This document shows positions 52,601 to 64,000 of a DNA stretch of 64,000 bases, in pieces. Source of the stretch: Chrysomallon squamiferum (lineage: Eukaryota; Animalia; Mollusca); NCBI GenBank assembly GCA_012295275.1, contig CM022673.1:24924001-24988000 (forward strand), in the 5' to 3' direction. A model generated the notes under the pieces. It was not told the origin of the DNA. It did no database searches and was given only the letters and a program-made list of their open reading frames with translations. A program made the position numbers and the translations under genes. Each line of letters begins with the position of its first letter. Positions within the stretch are counted from its first letter, which is position 1.

Positions 52601-53760
52601 ATATACCTTTACTATTTCATAACTGTCATTATTACCACTTAAATTAACATACCTATACTATTTTATAGTTGTCGCTATTACCACTTAAATTAACATACCT
52701 ATACTATTTTATAGTTGTCGCTATTACCACTTAAATTAATATACCTATACTATTTTATAGATGTCACTATTACCACTTAAATTAACATACCTATACAAGT
52801 ATTATTTGAAAAACATCTAATTATTTTTATTGGCAGCTATAGCTGTCACAATTTTTCACTTGCATTTAAATACCCATACAAAAACGATACTTATTAACCA
52901 AATGTATTAACCTCTAATCCATCTTTACATAATTTCCACTTGCATTATATGAACAACAGTCACTTATTTAGTGCTAAAAACTCAGCTAGGACAGAATCTG
53001 TGATGTTATGTTTCACAGTTTAATTAGTCCAGCACGACTGCTCATTGTTATTTACTTTTACCACAGGTTTTATTTTTTATTTTATTTGTTTATTTATTTT
53101 TTTATTATTATTGTTTTTTTTTACATGTTATGGTAATACTGACAGTGGCAGAGAAAAGGTTAATGGCATGTAGAAAGCTGACTACATTAAAAACAACAAA
53201 TTTTCATTTTACTATGCTGTGTCATGAATTTGTATTTTTTTTTTAAAAAGAGGCTTCATTTTAATTATATATTTTTTTTATAACTCATTTACATTGTAAG
53301 TGCGTATAAATTCAAAATATTCTAAAAAACAAATTTATTAAGTTTTTCATGAGCTGTTTTAACTTTTATATATGTGTGTATGTGTATATATGTGTGTCTG
53401 TGTTTATATGTGTGTCTGTGTTTATATGTGTACATGTGTGTGTGTGTGTGTGTGTGTAAATGTGAGAGAGAGAGAGAGAGAGAGAGATAATGCAATGTTA
53501 TGAACATTGTGGTTGAAATATTGCACATATTAACAATGATATAACAAAACATTTGTGCACAAATGCTGACAGACAGACAAACAGACATGCTATTAAAATA
53601 CCTACTGTGATAACATTGTCATAAGTTCCTATTCTCAGTTCATTCATTGTTTTCTGCATAAAACTTGGTTTAGGTAACTCTTGAACCTAAAAACAAAAAC
53701 ACCACTTGTTACATATTGAAATAAAAATTCTTTATTTTTACAGTTTTAAATATATATATA

Positions 53761-53791
<31 letters not shown>

Positions 53792-56700
53792 AATAAAAAA
53801 AAAACATTAAATAAAATTAATAAATAAAACAATCTATCTGTCAAACATATCATTAAAGGAACCAAACACATATTACATCTTTCTTATAAATTTTTCAGTA
53901 ATAAAATTTCTTCTTCTTTTAACAAAATGAGATCATTTGAGACATTTAATTTAAAAAAAAAAATGTTCTTTCAATATTATTTATTATCTATTTACAAAGT
54001 ACTTGAAAAATTTTATGTCATTATATCTATTATTAACACAGAGTGAAGTTTAGAATAATATCCAACTATATATATATATATATATATATATATTCTTTTT
54101 GTAAGACCTATTTAATCACTGACCCTGTAAACAACAACCAAAAATAGTTAATGATATAATAATTGGTTTGAAAATAAGCCTAAACTCCAAAGTAAGCCTA
54201 AACTCCAAAATATCTGGAAGGAGAATATTGATTGTTGCTATTCTGAAAATGGCAAAAACTTGAAAAATCTGTAGGGCAGGGTTTATTATTTTTTTTCTCA
54301 TTATTTCTAATAACATTAGCTAAGTTTGTTTATGACCTTAGAAGCTGATTAATTTTTCTGTTTTTTTCTCTTTTATGGTTTAGCTGTAATCCTATTTTTA
54401 TGAAAGGTATGATGTGCGTACATAGAGATGCAGGAAGCGCAGTATTCTCTTGTGAGTAAGAATGTAGATGGCGTTGCCGGTGATTTTGTCGACCACTGGC
54501 AGTCTGTGTACGTGATTGTAGATGAGTTCCTTGACAGCGTCATAGAGGCTGGCGTCAGGGTGAATACACACAAAAGACTTCTGTTTCTTCTCTAGCACTT
54601 CTGTCACAAACGTGAAAAAAGTAAAAAATAATAAAAATAATAGTATGTATATCTGAGTAGTGAATAATAATTAAAGAACAAAAAAATATTAAATGATTAA
54701 TGTATTCTGCTTTTCATCAGTTGTTTTTCACTGAGAGTTATTATTGTAACGTGTGTTGTGTGTTTATAAAGATCAAAATGGAGGCTTTTTGTGATTTTAT
54801 AAAAAGGATGCACACGCACAACATACATATAACACAGGTAACAAAATTAATAGTTTAATTTATTATTTTCTTAACGACATTTTAAATAATATATAACTTA
54901 GTCTTAAAAACAACTGAAAAAAGTGTATGCAATATTTTTACTGATTTCAGGAAAAAACTCAAATAAATTGTGAAAAGTACATTTAAGAAATCTTTTTAAA
55001 ATCAGGCTAATCTTGGATTACCCTAAACTGGACATTTCTTATCACCTAAGAACAGAAAAATGTGTCAGTCTGTGTAACAAAACAATCCAGTGAAAACAAG
55101 TAATGAGATTTATCAAGACAGTACGTCATAAGTGACTTTAATACTTTATTAGTTGCTCCAGTAAGTAAATGTTAGACAGTTGTTCCAGTGAAACAGTTTA
55201 AAAGTAAATGTTAGACAGTTGTTCAGTACAACAGCTTACAAGTAAATGTTAGACAGTTGTTCAATAAAACAGTTTACAAGTAAATGTTAGACATCAGTTG
55301 TTCCAGTAAACAGTCTACAAGTAAATGTTAGACATTAGTTGTACCAGTAAACAGTTTACAAGTAAATGTTAGACATTAGTTGTCCCAATAAACAGTCTAC
55401 AAGTAAATGTTAGACATTAGTTGTACCAGTAAACAGTCTACAAGTAAACAGTCTACAAGTAAATGTTAGACATTAGTCGTACCAGTAAACAGTTTACAAG
55501 TAAATGTTAGACATCAGTTGTTCCAGTAAACGGTCTACAAGTAAATGTTAGACATTAGTTGTTCCAGTAAACGGTCTACAAGTAAATGTTAGACATTAGT
55601 TGTTCAAGTAAACAGTTTACAAGTAAATGTTAGACATTAGTTGTCCCAGTAAACAGTCTACAAGTAAATGTTAGACACTAGTTTTTCCAGTAAACAGTCT
55701 ACAAGTAAATGTTAGACACTAGTTGTTCCAGTAAACAGTCTACAAGTAAATGTTAGACATCAGTTGTTCAGAATAACAGTTTACAAGTAAATGTTAGACA
55801 TCAGTTGTTCCAGTAAACGGTCTACAAGTAAATGTTAGACATTAGTTGTTCAAGTAAACAGTTTACAAGTAAATGTTAGACATTAGTTGTCCCAGTAAAC
55901 AGTCTACAAGTAAATGTTAGACACTAGTTGTTCCAGTAAACAGTCTACAAGTAAATGTTAGACACTAGTTGTTCAAGTAAACAGTCTACAAGTAAATGTT
56001 AGACATTAGTCGTACCAGTAAACAGTTTACAAGTAAATGTTAGACATTAGTTGTTCAACTAAACAGTCTACAAGTAAATGTTAGACATTAGTCGTACCAG
56101 TAAACAGTTTACAAGTAAATGTTAGACATCAGTTGTTCCAGTAAACGGTCTACAAGTAAATGTTAGACATTAGTTGTTCCAGTAAACAGTCTACAAGTAA
56201 ATGTTAGACATCAGTTGTTCAGAATAACAGTCTACAAGTAAATGTCAGACATTAGTTGTCCCAGTAAACAGTCTACAAGTAAATGTTAGACACTAGTTTT
56301 TCCAGTAAACAGTCTACAAGTAAATGTTAGACACTAGTTGTTCCAGTAAACAGTCTACAAGTAAATGTTAGACATCAGTTGTTCAGAATAACAGTTTACA
56401 AGTAAATGTTAGACATCAGTTGTTCCAGTAAACGGTCTACAAGTAAATGTTAGACATTAGTTGTTCAAGTAAACAGTTTACAAGTAAATGTTAGACATTA
56501 GTTGTCCCAGTAAACAGTTTACAAGTAAATGTTAGACATCAGTTGTTCCAGTAAACGGTCTACAAGTAAATGTTAGACATTAGTTGTTCAAGTAAACAGT
56601 TTACAAGTAAATGTTAGACATTAGTTGTCCCAGTAAACAGTCTACAAGTAAACAGTCTACAAGTAAATGTTAGACATTAGTCGTACCAGTAAACAGTTTA

Positions 56701-59700
56701 CAAGTAAATGTTAGACATCAGTTGTTCCAGTAAACAGTCTACAAGTAAATGTTAGACATTAGTTGTTCCAGTAAACAGTCTACAAGTAAATGTTAGACAT
56801 TAGTTGTTTAAACAGTTTACAAGTAAATGTTAGACATTAGTTGTCCCAGTAAACAGTCTACAAGTAAATGTTAGACATTAGTTTTTCCAGTAAACAGTCT
56901 ACAAGTAAATGTTAGACACTAGTTGTTCCAGTAAACAGTCTACAAGTAAATGTTAGACATCAGTTGTTCAGAATAACAGTTTACAAGTTCCAGACAAACA
57001 GTCTACAAGTAAATGTTAGACATTAGTTGTCCCAGTAAACAGTCTACAAGTAAATGTTAGACATTAGTACTTCCAGTAAACAGTCTACAAGTAAATGTTA
57101 GACATTAGTAGTTCCAGTAAACAGTCTACAAGTAAATGTTAGACATTAGTACTTACCAGTAAACAGTTTACAAGTAAATGTTAGACATTAGTCGTTCCAG
57201 TAAACAGTCTACAAGTAAATGTTAGACATTAGTCAGTTTCCAGTTAAACATCAGTTGTTCCAGTAAACGGTCTACAAGTAAATGTTAGAAATGTTAGAAA
57301 TTAGTCTACAAGTAAATGTTAGACATCAGTTGTTCAGAATAACAGTAAAGTAAATGTCAGACATTAGTTGTTCCAGTAAACAGTTTACAAGTAAATGTGA
57401 GAAATAGTTGTTTAAACATTAGTTGTTCCAATAAAAACAGTCTACAAGTAAACAGTCTACAAGTAAACAGTCTACAAGTAAACAGTTTACAAGTAAATGT
57501 TAGACATTAGTCGTTCCAATAAACAGTCTACAAGTAAACAGTCTACAAGTAAATGTTAGACATTAGTTGTTCCAGTAAACAGTTTACAAGGAAATGTTAG
57601 ACAATAGTTGTTCCAGTAAAAGTCTACAAGTAAATGTCAGACATTAGTTGTTCCAGTAAACAGTCTACAAGTAAATGTTAGACATTAGTTGTTCCAGTAA
57701 ACAGTCTACAAGTAAATGTCAGACATTAGTTGTTCCAATAAACAGTCTACAAGTAAATGTTAGATATTAGTTGTTCCAATAAACAGTCTACAAGTAAACA
57801 GTTTACAAGTAAATGTTAGACTGACCTCTCCACGTGTCTATCTTGTGTTCCTCCAGCTCATCCATTCGGACCTGCAAATAAACACATTTACATGACAATC
57901 ACTAAGAACACTTCATTATTTTACAAAAACAACACACTGCTGTTACATTTAAACTTACAAAATAATTTACAATTTACAAATCATTGCAGTTTGCAGGACA
58001 GAGAGCAGCTTTTAACAAAGAGCGTTACATAAAAAAACCAGGTGATGCATCAATACACTTTAAAAACTTATTTTTAAATAGATGTTTTATACCTAAACAC
58101 ATATAGCAGCTTGCAGCAAAATACAAATAATAGATACAATGTGAACATTAAATGATTAAAAAGCTTCAAGCAACTTGATCATAGCTGAATTCATTTTATT
58201 TATCATTAACTAGTTTTTCAAAATATAATTTGGTAATGGAAGTTGTTTTTATCTATTTGTAGCTATTATTGTTTCTTTGCATTTAATGAGAAAAAGCTGA
58301 CAGAAATGAGTTTTAAACACAAAAAATTTGAAAAAGAGACCTGTCATCTGATATTTAGCCTGCGAGTTGACATTCTAAAAATGGATCTAGGTAAAGATGT
58401 TTCGCATTTAATTGTCAATGCACAGTGAAGATGTGGTTTCTATTTCATGCCTGGCAGATCTCTATGTTAATGTTTGTGTAGTGCAAAACTAATTTATTTT
58501 TAGGGTGCTGTTTAACAAATTTCTGAGCCATGTTTATTCATTATCTACCTACATACCTACCTAAATATATATATTATATAACACACTAAAAGATACTAAT
58601 ACATACACATGTATAGACAGACTATCATACATACGTGTATATATAAACACTCAAAATCAGCCACCAATACCAAGAAATATAGTTACCCAAATAATAAAAA
58701 TAATAATAATAATAAACAATAACATAATAATAACAACAATAACAATAACATAATAATAACAAATGAAAAGTAAAATGCTTTAAATATTAAACCCAATCAG
58801 TGACAATACAGAGAACTGCCCACATGACTGTTTATCTGAGTTAGTATTCCATGACAGACACAAGAAAGAGACCAGACAAGAACAGATATACATTACAGTG
58901 TGACAACCAAGTAACAAGCAACAAGAAGATTAATTTTAGCAGACACATGTAAAGCATTAGCAGCTGTAGAAAACTAATATTCTATTTTAATCTCTGCTTC
59001 AGGTTTTCCAAATTAACTGTAATTAATGCTGTAAATGCTTAGTGCAGGAACCTGACTGTGATTTTAATTAGTGACCTATCTCTGTTTTTGAGTTAGTGAC
59101 AGAATAACAAACTGAAACTCATCACCAGACTATATCCACACAGCTATTAATTTTAATGAGTCAGCTATGATTCGGAATTATGCAACTAGCAATAATTTTG
59201 AATTAATGATCCAGATCTAATAATAATTTTGAATTAATGATCCAGATCTAATAATAATTTTGAATTAATGACCTAGATCTAATAATAATTTTGAATTTAT
59301 GACCTAGATCTAATAATAATTTTGAATTAATGATCCAGATCTAATAATAATTCTGAATTCATGAACTAGATCTAATCATTTTGAATATTATACCTAGATC
59401 TGATAATAATTTTGAAGAGATGAACTAGATCTAATAATAATTTTGAATTAATCAGTTGCAACCATTAAAAATTCCCTGAGTTTTTACTGCTGCCTGATTT
59501 TAAAATGAACACAAAATGACATACACAACAAGCTTACAACAGAAAGATTTCAACAACACAGTTCAGCAACTGTACATAAAAAATAAAATTACATAAACAC
59601 AGAACTGAAATGCATTACTAAAAGCCTGAACTAATTATTTAGCTTTTTCAGTTTTGCTTAATCAGTATTAACTTTTTTTTTTTTGGTGCATCTGTCTCTG

Positions 59701-62700
59701 TTCTAATTATTTCTGTTTTATTAGTTTTGTTTAATCTGTATTTATTTATTTTTCTCTGTTTTGATATCTGACTTATTTTTTTTTTTTTTTTGCTTGTATT
59801 TATTTATTTTTTGTTTTTAATCAGTTTTTTTTATTGTTTGTTTATTTGGACTAATTTTGGTACATGAACTAACTATTATTTTTCTCTCAGCTGTTAAGTA
59901 TATCAACTAATTATTATTTTTCTTTTATATAAACATTAAACACATACAAAATTCTTTCTACAGAAATAATGGCAATCTTTCACGTAATAACTTTGAAACT
60001 TAAAATCTGTTTGGTAATCAATACAAGATGTCTAAGTGATCATAACTAACAAGCTGTGAAATGACTACCAAAGGTAAATTCAGTTTTTTTAACATTATAC
60101 TTAATAACGTACGTGATTAAAATATTTATTTCCATTACACTAAGTTATTTAAATGCAAATTCACACACACACACAAACACACACAACATCAATTATTTGT
60201 TAATATGCACTTAATAATTTAATCTAATCATCATGGCTATAATGCATATATATCTACAGCAAAACTTTTAGCATATAAAAAAATTGTATGTTTAAAAAGT
60301 AAAAAATGTTCTGGTTAGTTAGATAGCGAAGTACTTCTGATGCAGTTCACAGGTTCTTGTTTTGTAACACTCGTACATTTAAATCATAAATCATTAAAAG
60401 TTTTTGTTCTGCGCTAAAAGGCTGATTGGTTTATGTATTTAATCCTTTAGAAATCTTCACAATGCACTTATCTTTTCAGCAACAGCTGTGTTTTATGACT
60501 CAGTCTAATTTAGTGTGTGTGGTAGTAAATAATGTATTAGTTTGTTCTGTGTTAACTAGTTTATTTATTCAGGACTTACATACAGTATTTTACTGACATC
60601 CCCCCCCCATAAAAAATATTACAATAGTGTGGTAAAGATAAATTAAAAAACTGACTATCTGTTAATGATGTTAAAATATAAATGATAAAAACATCCTAAA
60701 TAATTTTACCTCCATTTTTAATTTTTTTTTATTATTGTTTTTTTAAATCATGTATATCCAAACCATTATATTTTTGATTTGTTATTATGAAAAACGTAGT
60801 CTTAATGGAAAACATATGTAAATAGAACATTAAATTTGGTGTAAAAAATAAAAAATAAAAGAAATGAAATTTTTTTGAAAAAAGAAGAGTGAAAAATAAG
60901 GTCAGCTAAACAAGACTAATAAACTAAACTATATCTGCAGATTTTTCATACATTTATTTATTCCTAAAATTCCTAAATTCCTTTCAAATTTAAAAATTTT
61001 GAAAAAAAAAAAAAAATGAGCTGTCACTTTAATATTTCCATAATATTTAACCCTTGAGCAGGTTATAACATATTGCCAAAGAAGATATCAGAAATGAAAT
61101 AAATAAAAACATGAATAACCTGCAGAATATGTGTTAGTAATATAATGTGACAGGCTACTGAAACACAACTAGCTGCTAGGTTAGTAGAAACACCAGGTAA
61201 TTTTAAAACAGTGCATCACAAACACCAGACTGGATGATTTTAGAGAAGAAAAAGATGATTTTAAAAATATATATATATTTATTAATTTTTTTTAAATTTC
61301 CTGTAACTCACTAAGTATGCCATATTAGCTTTGAAATCCTTAAAAATAAGATTACGTTTTGTAACTTTTCATACTGTCAGTTACATTTTTTATAATAATT
61401 CTCTTAGTTATGTCTTAAATTTCTACAAATTTTATAATAAACTGTACAAAAAATATATTTTTAAAATCTTTGAGTGCAGGTAAACCATGTAAATTAATAA
61501 ACGTGGACTCATAATGTAATTTTAAACTTCAAATCTTTGAAAAACCTCTCCAGACCCTAAGAAATTTAAACTTATAAAAAAAAAAAAAAAAAAGAAAGAC
61601 TTTAAAAATTAAAAAGAACAAAAAAAATAAAAACTCCCAATAACTTATGACAATTACATTAGTCACCCATCACCTTAATTAGATTAATTATACAATTAAT
61701 TATACAGTTAATTAATTATACAATTAGCTTGCATACATAAAAAACAATTTTTTTTATGCATGATGCAGAAAACTAAAAAGATGCTGGCCATAGATATGAA
61801 AACCGCAAATACAAACTTACAGTTTTTGCGTCCTTGAATCAGAGAAAATAAGTACAATATAATTAGTTATAATGAAGTAAGCAGTCTGAAAACACAGGAC
61901 AATATTACATGCAGCAAACAAACAATTTGTTCTGTAATCTCTCTCTCTCTCTCCAGGGTCTACCAGACAAATGCACTGTTCAATAAAAAACACACTGCCA
62001 TGCAGTGAAAACTGCCTGGATTATTTTCAGACATAAAAAAACTCAGCTAAGATCGAAAGCTTTAATGCAAAATCTACTAGTGAAAGAAAAATAAAAAATA
62101 ATAATAAAAAATAAAAAACATACAAAGAGCTGACTACAAAGCATGATTTACATGTAGTTTGTGGTGATACAGTTTACTGTGATAAGATTAATTAGTGTTA
62201 AATGCACTTGTTGGTAGACCACAGTGTATTTATTTATTTATTTTCGATAAAGCAATTTAAAAATTTTTCAGAAACATTTTTTCTGTATATATATATATAT
62301 ATTTCAATTCTGAATGTGATTACAAATGTGACTGCCTATCATACACACCAAATAAAATTTGTAAGTTCAGCAGTTAGTTTCTCACATATTTTTAAATCAG
62401 TCATTTGAAAAGACATGAAAAAGATAAATAACTAAAGTATTAGCTTTCGGTATACAGCAAAATTCCAAAATGGAAAATGCAGAAACAAATCAGGGTATTT
62501 GTTTCAGCATTCAACCACATATAAACTGTCATTTGGTGTAAAAAGGATTTTTTAAAAATTTTATTATGATAATTTTTTTTTAAAAGCAATTTTATAGCAG
62601 AGGAAGGCCTTTCAATGGACTGCTCTTGTCAATTAGCAGTAATGTATCTTTTATGAGAACCTTCCCATATACAGCAGAGAATATATCATGGCATTTGACA

Positions 62701-63530
62701 AATCCAATACCTATTTACACATTATTATTTTTTATGAATACAAAAATAAATAAATAAAAATAAAGAATTTATAGAGATATTTTTGGCAAACTGGCAAATA
62801 TTTTGTCAATTTATAAATAACGTCTAATCAATGGAATGGTAGAATAAGTATGTGAGAACGGCATTGTTGAATATATAAATAAATATAAAAATTAGTTAAT
62901 ACTGTGGTTATTTGTCTTGGTTTTGCCAGTTTATGGTCCTCATATAAAAGGATTATAATCATGAAAATATATGTGAATATGATAAGGGATGACATATCTA
63001 ACTAGAAAAAAAAAATAATAATAAAAAAAAAATTGAAACATTTGCTAAATTATACAAAAATAAAATCTAATAACAAAGCAGTTAAAAATGCACTCTTTTT
63101 ACACTAATAAAATATCAAACAGCAAAAATTTATGAAAATACAAAAAAAACCCAGATAATTAAAAAGTTAAAATAAATAAAACATAAACTCACCAAAGGAG
63201 ATTTGTAGTACATTTTGAGAATGTTAATAAAATCTGTAATGGTCAGCATTCCTGAAAATAAACATCTATCATTATTTATACTTAATTTATTAAGTTATTT
63301 ATGAAAAAAAAAAAAAAAAAAAAAAAATTAAAAAAATTAAATAAAAAAAAAAAAAAAAAAAAAAAAAATTACTGCTTAGGTATAGGAATAACTTTATGAA
63401 ATATAAAACCAGTTGATATCTTTATGAATGAAAGAAAATATTTTTAACATTTTAGGATCAATTATGTGTCCATCTATTAAGCAATAAAACAAAAAAATAT
63501 ATTTGTTTGTTTGTTTCTTTATTTAAATAT

Positions 63531-63561
<31 letters not shown>

Positions 63562-64000
63562 TTTGTTTATTAAGATAACTATTTAGACAAGCCCACGAAC
63601 AATGTTACCAAATCACACTCAGCAATACATTTTTTTGTTTTGTTTTTATTCATAACAACATGATCCAGTAGATTACTGAGGCAGTGAATTATGAATACTC
63701 TCAAATGATTAGATGAATACCATCATTCATAACAAAAAGTCTCATATATAAATGATAATAAAGTATGAGGACAGAACTATAATTATTTGATATTGATCAT
63801 TTTGTATAATAACAATAATAAATAATAAACACATTTTTAAAATAAACTAAATAATAATAATGATTATGACGATGATGATGATAATAATAATAATAATAGT
63901 AAGAAGAAGAAGAAGAAAGAAAGAAAGAAAGAAGAAAAAGAAGGGGTACCTACCCACATAATCCTGTTTACTGGAATCCCATAAAGGAGCTGCCCTAACG
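49411..64000 (-). CDS. PRKAG: Spliced gene (3' part, runs off the window): 5'-AMP-activated protein kinase gamma subunit, CBS1-CBS4
   Basis: Joined exons read [27 protein letters not shown]...[12 protein letters not shown]...[26 protein letters not shown]...RISALPVV...[21 protein letters not shown]...[12 protein letters not shown]...[19 protein letters not shown], which are characteristic AMPK-gamma/SNF4 motifs. Confidence 0.96.
49953..50480 (-). repeat. ~53-bp tandem array (~10 copies) of the PRKAG CBS4 exon end plus splice donor
   Basis: Minus-strand unit CTGTCTGATCTTCTCACCTACATAGTTCTTAAACCTATGG|GTAAGTTAAAACA = [13 protein letters not shown] plus donor; period 53 at 49953/50006/50059, then degenerate. 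Confidence 0.92.
50467..50582 (-). CDS. PRKAG: PRKAG CBS4 exon, corrupted as assembled (remnants IVVDEE and SLSDL in different frames)
   Basis: tttttcag|GTT acceptor and ATGG|gtaaat donor at the position expected for VHRLxVVD...SLSDxL; contains indels, an A12 run and an in-frame TAA. Confidence 0.75.
50839..50913 (-). CDS. PRKAG: PRKAG exon ([25 protein letters not shown])
   Basis: cgccag| acceptor, GAA|gtaagt donor, 75 nt. Confidence 0.94.
51384..51455 (-). CDS. PRKAG: PRKAG exon ([24 protein letters not shown])
   Basis: atcag| acceptor, GAG|gttagt donor, 72 nt. Confidence 0.96.
51718..51840 (-). CDS. PRKAG: PRKAG exon, CBS3 ([41 protein letters not shown])
   Basis: cttgtag| acceptor, ATT|gtaagt donor, 123 nt. 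Confidence 0.96.
51880..52797. repeat. 46-bp minisatellite (GTCACTATTACCACTTAAATTAATATACCTGTACTATTTTATAGCT), ~20 copies
   Basis: Period 46 (51935, 51981...). Confidence 0.96.
53606..53686 (-). CDS. PRKAG: PRKAG exon ([27 protein letters not shown])
   Basis: ttttag| acceptor, ACA|gtaggt donor, 81 nt, phase 0/0. Confidence 0.94.
54422..54600 (-). CDS. PRKAG: PRKAG exon, CBS2 ([23 protein letters not shown]...[12 protein letters not shown])
   Basis: tgacag| acceptor, TAT|gtacgc donor, phase 1/0. Confidence 0.96.
55160..57821. repeat. 41-bp minisatellite (ACAAGTAAATGTTAGACATTAGTTGTTCCAGTAAACAGTCT), ~65 copies
   Basis: Period 41 (55321, 55362...); ends at the PRKAG donor site at 57825. Confidence 0.97.
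57826..57871 (-). CDS. PRKAG: PRKAG exon ([15 protein letters not shown])
   Basis: tttgcag| acceptor, G|gtcagt donor, phase 0/1. Confidence 0.95.
59190..59450. repeat. 31-bp minisatellite (AATAATTTTGAATTAATGATCCAGATCTAAT), ~8 copies
   Basis: Period 31 (59191, 59222...). Confidence 0.92.
61821..61832 (-). CDS. Candidate 12-nt PRKAG microexon (DAKT)
   Basis: ACTAAT branch-like motif, pyrimidine tract, aag|GACGCAAAAACT|gtaagt; phase 0/0. Confidence 0.4.
63193..63251 (-). CDS. PRKAG: PRKAG exon ([19 protein letters not shown])
   Basis: ttttcag| acceptor, TTG|gtgagt donor, phase 1/0. Confidence 0.95.
63954..64000 (-). CDS. PRKAG: PRKAG exon, partial ([16 protein letters not shown]), CBS1
   Basis: G|gtaggt donor in phase 1; truncated by the window edge. 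Confidence 0.93.

Noticed and set aside
37702-57821. Regular short-period arrays as CRISPR loci
   Set aside because: Units are contiguous with no unique spacers, there are no cas genes, and the arrays lie in eukaryotic introns

Overview
AT-rich eukaryotic (animal) genomic DNA with many introns and microsatellites. It is probably a gastropod mollusc, judging from a degenerate gastropod-type SINE and TGACCTTGACC motifs; that assignment is inference. Two spliced genes converge tail-to-tail. (1) On the + strand is an AIP3/Bud6-domain adaptor gene of the SRCIN1(p140Cap)/KIAA1217(SKT) family. I reconstructed 15 phase-compatible GT-AG coding exons from 3430 to 43073 (~1450 aa), plus a candidate 33-nt microexon and candidate alternative first exons in a 21.6-kb intron. 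One coiled-coil exon carries a 1-nt frameshift. (2) On the - strand is the 3' part of an AMPK gamma subunit gene (PRKAG, CBS1-CBS4), running from the window end to a stop at 49411. It has a candidate 12-nt microexon and a corrupted CBS4 exon whose 3' end plus splice donor is tandemly repeated about 10 times. Most introns hold local minisatellites (22, 23, 31, 41, 46, 53 and ~64 bp units), several abutting splice sites. I found no CRISPR array, rRNA/tRNA gene or autonomous transposon, and most ORF-track entries are microsatellite artefacts. I cannot claim a new biological system; the best leads concern splicing (microexons, a donor-site array, a QKI/branch-point motif array) and a 3'UTR hairpin. 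Some anomalies may be long-read assembly errors.
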